Virus record (IMG/VR): IMGVR_UViG_3300036859_000099
Coordinates: 1-54,202 of that record
Origin: a virus
Lineage: Duplodnaviria > Caudoviricetes
DNA length: 54,202 nucleotides
Direction: 5' to 3' (one strand)
Positions 16,615 through 25,405 of this stretch are shown one piece after another; position 1 is the stretch's first letter; each line of letters begins with the position of its first letter. A program made the translations under genes and the position numbers. The notes beneath the pieces were generated by a model, which worked only from the letters and a program-made list of their open reading frames with translations, did not search any database and had not been told where the DNA came from.

Positions 16615-17604
16615 ATGCCGGCAAACCCGGACTTCGACGACATCGCCACCACGACCCTGCGCAACCGCTCGGGCAAGCTGGCCGACAACGCCACCGTCAC
16701 CGTGTCGTTTCTCGACCGTATGCGCCGCAAGGGCAAGGTGCGTCCCGCCGCCGGCGGCCGCTCGATCGTGCAGGAGCTTGAGGCAGCCCTGAACCCGAAC
16801 GGCGGCTGGTATGCGGGCCTCGACAACCTCAACACCAACGCGCACGAGCCGTTCACCGCGGCCGACTACGACTGGAAGCAGGCCTATGTGCCTTGCGTCT
16901 GGTCCGGCCTCGACAAGCTCAGGAACCAGGGCGAGTACGCCACCATCAACCTGATCACCTCGCGCGTGAAGAGCTGCGAGCATTCGCTGATCGATCTGGT
17001 TGCGCAGGCGGCGTTCTCGGACGGCACCGGCTTCGGCGGCAAGCAGATGCACGGGCTGGGGCTGTTCGTGGTCGCCTCGCCGACCACCGGCATCGTTGGC
17101 GGCATCGATCGCGCCGGCAACACCTTCTGGCGCAACCAGACGGCCACCGTCACCATGACGACCGGCATCAACATCGCTGCCACCAACCCGAGCAACTACC
17201 TCGCTGCGGTGAACAGCTTGTCGATCTCGTGCACGCGTGGCACCGACCGGCCCGATCTCTACGTCGCCGATGCGCTGCACTACAAGTTCTACCTGGAGTC
17301 CCTGCAGCCGCTGCAGCGCATCACCAACACCGACATGGCGGGGTTCGGCTTCACCGCGCTCAAGTACAACGGCGTGGGCGGCAACGCCGACTTCGTGCTC
17401 GACAACGGCTACTGCACGGCGTCGACGACGTTCGCTCTGAACACGGACTTCATCTATCTGCGTCCGCACCCCGATCGCGACTTCGTGCCGTTTGGTGGGG
17501 ACCGCGTTCCGGTCGACCAGGACGGGACGGTCCGGTTCGTCGGCTTCGCCGGCAACATGTGCGCGGCCAACCTCGCGCGTCAGGGCCGCCTGTTCCAGAA
17601 CTGA
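16615..17604 (+). CDS. Major capsid protein
   Basis: IATTTLRNRSGKLADN, GGRSI and GGIDRA..FWRNQ motifs; strong AGGAG RBS. Confidence 0.9.
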   Translation: MPANPDFDDIATTTLRNRSGKLADNATVTVSFLDRMRRKGKVRPAAGGRSIVQELEAALNPNGGWYAGLDNLNTNAHEPFTAADYDWKQAYVPCVWSGLDKLRNQGEYATINLITSRVKSCEHSLIDLVAQAAFSDGTGFGGKQMHGLGLFVVASPTTGIVGGIDRAGNTFWRNQTATVTMTTGINIAATNPSNYLAAVNSLSISCTRGTDRPDLYVADALHYKFYLESLQPLQRITNTDMAGFGFTALKYNGVGGNADFVLDNGYCTASTTFALNTDFIYLRPHPDRDFVPFGGDRVPVDQDGTVRFVGFAGNMCAANLARQGRLFQN

Positions 17605-17634
17605 TTATCTGGACGAGATAGGAAGGACACGACA

Positions 17635-18159
17635 ATGAGCAGCAAGATTGGCATGAACCCGTATCAGGGTCTGTATACGGTCGCGCAGTTCCTGCAGGGC
17701 AAGATTCCAACGCCAGGGGGCTGTGGTCAGGTCACTGAGGCAGGCATCACCAAGGAGTACATTTCCGTAAAGCTTGGTGCGGCGACGTGGATCAATGGCA
17801 TGGCCGTCACCATTGACGGCGATGGCGCCGCCACGCTCGGCACCGCGCAACCGTCCCTGCTGTTTGGGGGTCGCGTTGGGATATTGGTTCTCGCTTCAGC
17901 CACTGCCACCCTCACGGCAGCGGCCACGGCCTACGCGTGGGCGCAGATTTACGGCAAGGCGCTGGCTCTCACGACCGCATCTGTGACCTCTGTCGGCGGC
18001 GTGCTGACGATGGGCGCGGATGGCAGGTTGATTGGCGTTATCGCCGCACAGTCTGCGAGTTCCCAGCTGGACGGCATCACCGCCCTCGCAACGCAGGCGG
18101 CCTCCGGCCTGCTGTCGGTGCTGCTGCAGTATCCACGCTTCACCGGCCTGCCGGCGTAG
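17635..18159 (+). CDS. Capsid decoration/cement protein (Ala/Thr/Ser-rich)
   Basis: Follows the capsid gene; YAWAQIYG motif. Confidence 0.7.
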   Translation: MSSKIGMNPYQGLYTVAQFLQGKIPTPGGCGQVTEAGITKEYISVKLGAATWINGMAVTIDGDGAATLGTAQPSLLFGGRVGILVLASATATLTAAATAYAWAQIYGKALALTTASVTSVGGVLTMGADGRLIGVIAAQSASSQLDGITALATQAASGLLSVLLQYPRFTGLPA

Positions 18160-18167
18160 TGAAGATC

Positions 18168-18194
18168 GGAGGCGGGGGACAGCTCCCCGCCTCC
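18168..18194 (+). terminator. GC-rich hairpin after the capsid genes (no U-tract)
   Basis: GGAGGCGGGG/CCCCGCCTCC 10-bp stem. Confidence 0.5.
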
Positions 18195-18217
18195 ACCCGC
18201 AGACAGCGTGAGGGACC

Positions 18218-19027
18218 ATGGACCGCACCATCTACATCGGTTTCGATGCGCGCGAGACGGAGGCCTTTGCCGTCTGCCGGCACACGCTGCGCAAGCACGC
18301 GCCGGATATCCCCATCCATGCCATCTGCCTGGAAGAGGTGCGCAACGCTGGCCTCTACTGGCGTCCCACATCGCGCGATAAAGGCGGCCGCCTGTTCGAC
18401 GATATCTCCGGCTTCCCGATGTCGACCGAGTTCGCCATCTCGCGCTTTCTGACGCCCGTTCTCGCCAAGGCCGCCTACCGCACCGGCTGGGCGCTATTCA
18501 TGGACTGCGACGTGCTCGCCCGCGACGACGTGGACGAGCTGTTCGCCGAATGCGACCCGATGAAGGCGGTGATGTGCGTGCAGCACGAGTTCGCGCCACC
18601 CGAGGGCAGCGTCAAGATGGACGACCAGCTGCAGCACCGCTACGCCCGCAAGAACTGGTCGTCGGTGATGGCCTTCAACCTGGCGCATCCGTCCAACCGC
18701 AAGCTCACCGTTGAGCGGATCAACACGGTACCAGGCCGAGATCTGCACGCCTTCAGTTGGCTGCGAGACGACGAGATCGGCGCCCTCGACCCGGTGTGGA
18801 ACTACCTCGTAGGCCACACCAAGCTGCCTGTCCAGCCCAAGCTGGTGCATCACACCGAGGGCGGCCCATGGTTGGACAACTACCAGGACGTAGAGTTCGC
18901 CGACGAATGGCGCCAGGCGCGCGCCGCCTGGCTGCGTGAGGGCATGGACACCAAGCCGTCGGCGCGCATCAGCGCGCTGGCACCGCGGCGCCTGAACGGC
19001 GCTCTCCGGCAGGGAGCCCGCGCCTGA
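18218..19027 (+). CDS. GT-A glycosyltransferase, CDI-like
   Basis: IYIGFDARE, STEFAISRFL, FMDCD (DxD), RKNWSSVM, HHTEGGPW. Confidence 0.85.
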   Translation: MDRTIYIGFDARETEAFAVCRHTLRKHAPDIPIHAICLEEVRNAGLYWRPTSRDKGGRLFDDISGFPMSTEFAISRFLTPVLAKAAYRTGWALFMDCDVLARDDVDELFAECDPMKAVMCVQHEFAPPEGSVKMDDQLQHRYARKNWSSVMAFNLAHPSNRKLTVERINTVPGRDLHAFSWLRDDEIGALDPVWNYLVGHTKLPVQPKLVHHTEGGPWLDNYQDVEFADEWRQARAAWLREGMDTKPSARISALAPRRLNGALRQGARA

Positions 19028-20727
19028 TGCTGATCTCTGACGCCTACCGCGAGCAGAATCGGCTGCTGCATGAGCAGCGCGACGACTACGGCCGCTCGGG
19101 CCAGCAGTGGGCGCCATACATCTATCGCCTGATGGAGGAAGAGGGCTTCGCCACCGTGCTCGATTGGGGCTGCGGCAAGGGCACGCTCGCTGCCGCACTG
19201 GCGCCCAAGGGCAAGACCATCGCCGAATATGATCCGGCCATCCCCGGCAAGGATGCCACGCCTGAGCCGGCCGAGCTGGTGGTGTGCACCGACGTGCTGG
19301 AGCACATCGAGCCGGTGCACGTCAACGCGGTGATCCGCGAGCTGCGCCGGGTGACCAAGCGCAAGCTGTTCCTCAACATCGCCACACGGCCGGCAGCCAA
19401 GACGCTGCCCGATGGCCGCAACGCCCATCTGATCGTGCAGGACGCGGATTGGTGGCGCGCCAAGCTCGCCAGTCAGTTCGACATCCACACATGGCAAGAG
19501 CGTCCCGGCATGGTCTATGGCGAGGCCACGCCCAAGGGCGCGTTCCGCAAGCCCACCAAGCGTCGCAAGATGACGCCGGAGATGGCCGCGCAGCTGGAGT
19601 TCTGGAAGAAGGAGATCAACACCTACGCGGACGCGTTCTCGCGCATCGACACCGTCGCCATGTGGGAGAGCGTCGACGATCAGCCCGCCGACCTTCAGGT
19701 GGCCGTCAGAATCCTGGAGCACGTGCCAGACATCAGCAAGGCGCTGGCCGACCTGGGCCGGTTGGCGCGCAAGGGCGTGATCATCTGTTTGGAGCTCGAT
19801 GAGCGACGCGACGCCGATTGGTGGAAGCGCCTGCTGGAAAAGCGGTTCCGCTTCGCGCAATGGCAAGTCGAGAATGGCCATGTCCTGATGATCGGGGCGC
19901 CGATGGTCAATGTGCAGGGCGTCACGGCGATCGGCGCCGTCGACAGCGACAAACGCTGGGAGCAGGTGGTCGCCGCCACCAAGCGCATAACCAAGCGCAT
20001 CGAGCCCGCGCCGGCGCACGCCAAGCGCGCCATTATCGCCTGCTACGGCCCCTCGCTCAAGGACGACATCGAGAGCCTGCGCGCGGCCGCGGCGGAGCCA
20101 GACACCGTCGTGGTGTCCGTCTCGGGCTCGCACGACTTCCTGATCGAGCGCGGCATCGTACCCAACTATCACGTCGAGTGCGACCCGCGCCCGCACAAGG
20201 CCGACAACATCGCCAAAGGGCATCCTGGCGTGCAGTACCTGCTGGCGTCGACCGTGCACGAGGTGCTGTTCGACAAGCTCAGAGGTCACGACATCAGGCT
20301 ATGGCACGTGTCGACGCCGGAGCATGCCGTTCGTCTTGTCGTCGAGATCGGCGAGCAGAAAGAGCACGTGATCTCCGGTGGCGGCTCGGTCGGGCTGCGC
20401 TCGATCCCACTGCTCTATGCCATGGGCTATCGGGCACTGTCGATCTACGCCATGGACTGCAGCTTTGCCGATGAAGGCAAGCAGCAATGGGCTGGCAAGC
20501 ATGCCGGCAAACGGCAGGACTTGTGCCAGGTCGATTGCCACGGGCGCATCTTCGTGTCCTCGCCCGTGCTGATGACCTACGCCACAAACTTTTTCGAGAT
20601 GGTGCAGAAGGTCGAAGACCTGGATGTCAGGCTGTACGGCGACGGCCTGCTGCAGGCGATGGCGCGCTACTACATGGGCGCACCGCAGGTTGCCAACGTC
20701 ACAGCGTTGTCGGAGGCGGCAGCTTAA
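19027..20727 (+). CDS. SAM methyltransferase fused to a Maf/DUF115 (MptE-like) domain
   Basis: VLDWGCGKG and CTDVLEHI, a degenerate second methyltransferase-like repeat, then CYGPSL, ECDPR, GGGSVG and YAMDCSF. Confidence 0.82.
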   Translation: MLISDAYREQNRLLHEQRDDYGRSGQQWAPYIYRLMEEEGFATVLDWGCGKGTLAAALAPKGKTIAEYDPAIPGKDATPEPAELVVCTDVLEHIEPVHVNAVIRELRRVTKRKLFLNIATRPAAKTLPDGRNAHLIVQDADWWRAKLASQFDIHTWQERPGMVYGEATPKGAFRKPTKRRKMTPEMAAQLEFWKKEINTYADAFSRIDTVAMWESVDDQPADLQVAVRILEHVPDISKALADLGRLARKGVIICLELDERRDADWWKRLLEKRFRFAQWQVENGHVLMIGAPMVNVQGVTAIGAVDSDKRWEQVVAATKRITKRIEPAPAHAKRAIIACYGPSLKDDIESLRAAAAEPDTVVVSVSGSHDFLIERGIVPNYHVECDPRPHKADNIAKGHPGVQYLLASTVHEVLFDKLRGHDIRLWHVSTPEHAVRLVVEIGEQKEHVISGGGSVGLRSIPLLYAMGYRALSIYAMDCSFADEGKQQWAGKHAGKRQDLCQVDCHGRIFVSSPVLMTYATNFFEMVQKVEDLDVRLYGDGLLQAMARYYMGAPQVANVTALSEAAA

Positions 20728-20770
20728 CCGGGGGTTCGGATGATGGCTCTCAACGGGGCTGGAAAAGTGG

Positions 20771-21055
20771 ATGACGCACGACTGGCCAGAATTGCCGCCG
20801 AGCTGGATGCGCCGGCTGGCGCGGGGTGGGGGCGAGGAGTCCGGCCACAGCACGCAGGTCGAGCATCGCCTGACGTGGCTGGAAATGGAGTCGGACATGA
20901 GCAGGGGGGCGAGCAGAAAAACGGACGCGCGCATTACGCGTCTGGAGCGAATGGGCATCCTGCTCCTGACTGGCATGCACGCGCTCGCACACGACAAGCT
21001 GCCGGAATGGGCCAAGTCGGTGTCGGGTCTGCTCAAGCTGATGCTGACGGGCTGA
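20771..21055 (+). CDS. Hypothetical protein, possibly membrane-associated (overlapping frame 20740..21141 also open)
   Basis: RITRLE followed by a hydrophobic tail; the coding frame is ambiguous. Confidence 0.45.
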   Translation: MTHDWPELPPSWMRRLARGGGEESGHSTQVEHRLTWLEMESDMSRGASRKTDARITRLERMGILLLTGMHALAHDKLPEWAKSVSGLLKLMLTG

Positions 21056-21156
21056 CCCCGTTCTGGGTGGTGTTCTGGGGTCTGCTGATGCTGCTGGCAC
21101 TGCGGCTGGGCTGGCTCATCATGTGGGAACTGATCGTCTGACAGGAGAAAAAGTCG

Positions 21157-21837
21157 ATGTCATCTACGCACACCAGTGACGAGTTTCCGCTCATCATGGA
21201 ACGCGAGTTCGGCATGGCCGACAACGTGGCGCCTGTCGCCGTTGCCTTCGGCTTCTATCCGATGCTCGACGGCGGGGCCACCAAGCGGGCCGGGCACGAG
21301 GTCTACAAGGATGTCGAGCACGTCAAGGTGGTCGTGCCCGGCGATCGGCACAGTCTGTTCTTCCAGCCCGCCAGCGATGTCTATCGCAAGCGCTTTCCCA
21401 AGGCCTACGAGGCGTTCAAGAAGCGCGACACCAAGCCGCTTGAGGGCTTGCCCATCGAGCAATGGGCCGCCGTGTCGCGCTCGCTCGCGCTCACCCTGCG
21501 GGCCTGCAACATTCACACCGTGGAGGCGCTAGCCGCCGTCCACGATACCCACGTCGACAAGCTCGGCTTCAATGCCCGCGAGCTGCGCGAGAAGGCCAAG
21601 GCGTGGCTCGCCAGCGCCAAGGACAGCGCCTCTACGTTGGCGCTGGCCGAGGAGAAGAAGGCCCTGCAGGACCAACTGGCGGCCATGCAGGCGCAAATTC
21701 TCGCACTTACCAATGGCGTTGGCGCCGCCGCCAGAGGCGACAAGCCGGCGCCATCGTCGGCAACGGTAGCGCACGATGATGTTCAGGCCGACGTTGTGGC
21801 TGCAGCCAGGCGTCCGCGCGCAATCAAGGCGACGTGA
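21157..21837 (+). CDS. Hypothetical virion-region protein
   Basis: AGGAG RBS; RFPKAYEAF and IHTVEALA motifs. Confidence 0.75.
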   Translation: MSSTHTSDEFPLIMEREFGMADNVAPVAVAFGFYPMLDGGATKRAGHEVYKDVEHVKVVVPGDRHSLFFQPASDVYRKRFPKAYEAFKKRDTKPLEGLPIEQWAAVSRSLALTLRACNIHTVEALAAVHDTHVDKLGFNARELREKAKAWLASAKDSASTLALAEEKKALQDQLAAMQAQILALTNGVGAAARGDKPAPSSATVAHDDVQADVVAAARRPRAIKAT

Positions 21838-21838
21838 C

Positions 21839-22018
21839 ATGCCGAGCAAGTCGCCAGCGCAGAAACACGTGATGGCCGGGATCGCCCACGGCTGGAAGCC
21901 TGATGATCCCGATTTGGCGAAAATCCCGATGTCAGTGGCCAAGGAATACAGCAAGGCGGATGAGAAAAATGCACTCCGTGAGCGCCTGAAGAAGGCGATG
22001 AGCCAGGAGAGCCGCTGA
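21839..22018 (+). CDS. Small protein MPSKSPAQ... with C-terminal RERLKKAM
   Basis: 59 aa; tightly packed between its neighbours. Confidence 0.7.
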   Translation: MPSKSPAQKHVMAGIAHGWKPDDPDLAKIPMSVAKEYSKADEKNALRERLKKAMSQESR

Positions 22019-22542
22019 TGCCTGCAGAACCCACGATGCGCGAGCGGCTGCTGGCCGCCATGAGCAACGAGGTCGGCTCACCGCCCGATCCGACCGCCAT
22101 CGGGCGCGCTCTCATGGCTGTCGGAATTTACCCATCCTCGCAGCTTCCATACGCGCCACAGAAGCCGGCCTGGATGCAGGAGCTGGCGCGCGGGGTTGGG
22201 CTGGCCACAATGGGCGCTCGCCCCTCAGCTGCGGCCGGTGGCCCGATGGTCGTGCCAAGAGGCATGGACCCCAGGCCAAATCCGGATCATATCGGCGCAA
22301 CGCCAGGAGCGGCAACGCTGTCTCGTTGGGGTGGAGTGGGCACCGTGGGCCGCTCTTCATGGCCCCGACGCGGGCTGGGCCCACTGGAGCCCGCCAATGC
22401 CAATGACGCTCCCTATCCCATGCGCACCATGGACCCGATGGTGACCCGCTTCCTACGCGCGCTCGATGGCGAGACTCCGCTCCATGTCCAATTGCCGAAG
22501 CTGACCGTGATCGAAGGCGGCCTGCCGCCGCGTAAGAACTAA
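22018..22542 (+). CDS. Putative internal virion protein (N-terminal RERLLAAM)
   Basis: TGATG coupling; low complexity. Confidence 0.6.
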   Translation: MPAEPTMRERLLAAMSNEVGSPPDPTAIGRALMAVGIYPSSQLPYAPQKPAWMQELARGVGLATMGARPSAAAGGPMVVPRGMDPRPNPDHIGATPGAATLSRWGGVGTVGRSSWPRRGLGPLEPANANDAPYPMRTMDPMVTRFLRALDGETPLHVQLPKLTVIEGGLPPRKN

Positions 22543-22562
22543 ACCGGCCATGAAGAAGCAAC

Positions 22563-23975
22563 ATGTCTGAACTCCGTGAACATACACCGACCATGCGCGA
22601 GCGGCTCCGGTCCGCCATGGGCAATCCGGTGGACGAGCTCCACCCGGCTAGGGTGCCGGCCGTGCTGGCAGCGGACTCATGGGACACAGGTGCCGAGCTA
22701 TGGCGCGCCGCCAAGCGGCTGGTCGAGGCCATGACCGAATCCAAGCCCGTCACCGAGCCCAAGGAGGTCAGCAAGGAGGAGTTCTTCCAATCGCGGCGGT
22801 CCACGCGCCAGTCGCTGGAGGAGGCGCAGCGCGAGGCCGAGAAGGAGGCCCGCGCCAGCCCGGAATACAAGGAGGCCATGGCCGAAAACCGGCGCAAGTC
22901 GGCTGAGGCCATGGTGCAGAAGCGCAAAGAGAGCGCGGAAGCGACCTGGCAGAAGAGCCAGGGCACGATCGGCGGAGAAGAGGAGCGCATCGGCCAGCAG
23001 TGGGATGCCGAGCTGGCCGACCGCGAGCGCCGGCGCGTCGAGGGGCTCAGCCGGTCCTTCAACGAGCGCCATCCAGCGGCCGCCGAGGCGATACCGATGG
23101 CGGGCCTGGGACTCACGGCCTTGGCCGGCCGGTTCGGGCTCAAGAAGCTAGCCGAGAAGGGAGGCGATATTGCCGCCGACGCAGTGAAGGCGCGCGGGGC
23201 CAAGGACTTTCAGGGTTTGGCTGAGCAAATCCTGAAAGCGCAGCAGTTCAAGAACGTAACCAGGCCGCTCGGCACCGGGCTGACCGTGCTGGGTGCGCCC
23301 ATGATAAACGTGGAATCGCGTGCGCTGCCCGATCAGTTCGACCGCCTCATGCTGCCGCCGGAGGCGGGCGCACGGCAGAAGGCAGAAGAGCGGCAGTCCG
23401 ACCCGATGCTGCAGGCTAAGGAGTCGGTGTGGCCCTACATCGGCGGTCTCGCGGCTGTCATGACTGGCGCCAAGCTGCCGAAGCCGGTGGGCAGCCCTGG
23501 ACCCGATATCGCGGCCGTGACCGGCTACGCGAAGGGGATGCCAAAAGACATCCAAGCGCAGGACCTAGCCATCAAGCTGGCGCAGAAGGACCGGCGGCTC
23601 ATGAAAGCCATGGGCGGAGAAACTCCACCACTGCCGCCCCCCACTGGGAGCGCACCGACAGGCCCAGCGTCAGCGGGCCAAATTCCTGCCCAAGCACAGC
23701 TACCAGCAGCGCCAGCACCCCCGCCCAGCGGCCCCATGGGCGCGGCAGGTACCATCCCCGCCAGCCCCGCCGCAGTTCCACAATTGGCCGGCCCGACCAC
23801 TGCAGCTGGTCCCACTGCAGGTCGTCCTCCTCGAGGCGCTCCACTTTCACGGCCGACATCTCCTGAAAGGTTGGACCTGGAGGCTCAGCTGCAACTCTTG
23901 CCGCCCGAGCAGCGACTGCCGTTCCTGCTCTCCAAGCTGGGCCTGCCCAATGGGCCCAATGTAGGAGGCCAATAG
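22563..23975 (+). CDS. Putative internal virion protein (N-terminal RERLRSAM)
   Basis: Coiled coil, hydrophobic helices and a Pro/Ala-rich tail. Confidence 0.7.
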   Translation: MSELREHTPTMRERLRSAMGNPVDELHPARVPAVLAADSWDTGAELWRAAKRLVEAMTESKPVTEPKEVSKEEFFQSRRSTRQSLEEAQREAEKEARASPEYKEAMAENRRKSAEAMVQKRKESAEATWQKSQGTIGGEEERIGQQWDAELADRERRRVEGLSRSFNERHPAAAEAIPMAGLGLTALAGRFGLKKLAEKGGDIAADAVKARGAKDFQGLAEQILKAQQFKNVTRPLGTGLTVLGAPMINVESRALPDQFDRLMLPPEAGARQKAEERQSDPMLQAKESVWPYIGGLAAVMTGAKLPKPVGSPGPDIAAVTGYAKGMPKDIQAQDLAIKLAQKDRRLMKAMGGETPPLPPPTGSAPTGPASAGQIPAQAQLPAAPAPPPSGPMGAAGTIPASPAAVPQLAGPTTAAGPTAGRPPRGAPLSRPTSPERLDLEAQLQLLPPEQRLPFLLSKLGLPNGPNVGGQ

Positions 23976-24007
23976 CCCGTGGTCAACCGTGAACAGAGGG
24001 TCGGACC

Positions 24008-24715
24008 TTGAGCCTGCTGACCATCGTTCAGGAGACGGCCTCGGATCTGGGGCTCAGGCAGCCTGACGTCGTCGTCGGCTCGACCGATCTGACGGCGCAA
24101 ATCCTGTTCCGCCTTGCCAATCAGGTCGGCAAGCACCTGATGCGCTATCACGACTGGCAGGCGCTGGTCGTCGCGAAAACCTTCACCAGCCTGGCGACGC
24201 AGGAGCAGACCAACGCGCTGCCGACCAACGACTACGACCGCATGATCTACAATGCCGAGGTCTGGAACCGCACCAGCAACCAGCGCTTCGTTGGCCCTAC
24301 GCCGCAGCGCTACTGGGCATACCTTCTCAACGGGGCCATCACGGCTGGCTTCCCCGGCTACTGGCGCATCCTCGGCGATGACCTGAACATCCTCCCCGTG
24401 ATGACGGCGGGGCAGACGATCGCCTTCGAGTACATCTCCAAACGCTGGGCGGCGTCCTCGGGCGGCACCGCACAAGACGCCTTCATGGCCGACACCGACA
24501 CCACGCTGCTGGATGAAGAGCTGTTCGTGCTGGAGATGGTATGGCGCTTCCGCAAGAGCCGCGGCTTCGGCCAGTACGCGGAAGACATGGAGACGGCCGA
24601 GCGCGAGAAGGAGAAGCGGGCCTCCCGCGATCGCGGCACTGGCAGGATCAGGCCGGAGAACGACAACCGCGACCAGCCGCCGCCGCCGATGTGGTCGGGG
24701 AGCATCACGGTATAA
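24008..24715 (+). CDS. Head-tail adaptor protein
   Basis: MSLLTIVQ N-terminus and FEYISK..W motif; TTG start; position in operon. Confidence 0.75.
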   Translation: MSLLTIVQETASDLGLRQPDVVVGSTDLTAQILFRLANQVGKHLMRYHDWQALVVAKTFTSLATQEQTNALPTNDYDRMIYNAEVWNRTSNQRFVGPTPQRYWAYLLNGAITAGFPGYWRILGDDLNILPVMTAGQTIAFEYISKRWAASSGGTAQDAFMADTDTTLLDEELFVLEMVWRFRKSRGFGQYAEDMETAEREKEKRASRDRGTGRIRPENDNRDQPPPPMWSGSITV

Positions 24716-24718
24716 CTG

Positions 24719-25405
24719 ATGGCTGACGATCTGACCACGGCTGACGTGCTGGCGAGGATGCCGAAAGAGAACGGCTTCACTGCGCTTCTGCGTGCCATGG
24801 CGGAGCGCATTCCAGCCAACACAGAAAACCGTCTCTCCATGCTCAACATGGCCAAGGGCGGGCTGAACTCAGCCGCCAACTGGCTGGATTGGAAGCCGGA
24901 AATCGGACCAGATACGCTGGCGCCGCTGGGCGTCAGCGCCATTTCGGCATTGGCCCGGCCTGGGCGTGTCCCGCATCAACATTTCGATCTTACGCCCACC
25001 GAGCGCATGACAGGTTCCGGCAATCCGTATGGCCCTGTCGAAATGGCCTATGTGCCGAACAAAGATGGCGTGTATCTCGGCGGCATTCAGACGGACCAAG
25101 ACAAGCGTGGCCGCGGTTATGGACGGGCGGCCATGGAGCAATTCCTTGAAGAGACCGATGCTGCCGGCAAGCCAGTCGGACTTACATCACTAGATGATCC
25201 GCGACTCTGGAAGTTCTATGCTTCGTTGGGTTTCAAAAATTCGAGTGGGCGTATTTGGGAGCGTGATGCGCGACCACCCAGAAGCGAAACCATGCTCTTC
25301 GCCGACCCGTCCCGCGCCTCCCTCTCCGGCACCATCGTCAACGACGCCGACACTCGTGAGCGCCTGAAGCGTGCGATGAGCCTGGATCGAGGGGACACGC
25401 TATGA
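24719..25405 (+). CDS. GNAT acetyltransferase-domain protein with C-terminal RERLKRAM
   Basis: KRGRGYGRAAM acetyl-CoA-binding motif and KFYASLGF. Confidence 0.78.
   Translation: MADDLTTADVLARMPKENGFTALLRAMAERIPANTENRLSMLNMAKGGLNSAANWLDWKPEIGPDTLAPLGVSAISALARPGRVPHQHFDLTPTERMTGSGNPYGPVEMAYVPNKDGVYLGGIQTDQDKRGRGYGRAAMEQFLEETDAAGKPVGLTSLDDPRLWKFYASLGFKNSSGRIWERDARPPRSETMLFADPSRASLSGTIVNDADTRERLKRAMSLDRGDTL

Noticed and set aside
12046-17469. Long antisense ORFs (12046..14331, 15253..17469; likewise 4216..5808, 18880..20289, 31326..32711)
   Set aside because: These are shadow frames of high-GC genes with no recognisable motifs.
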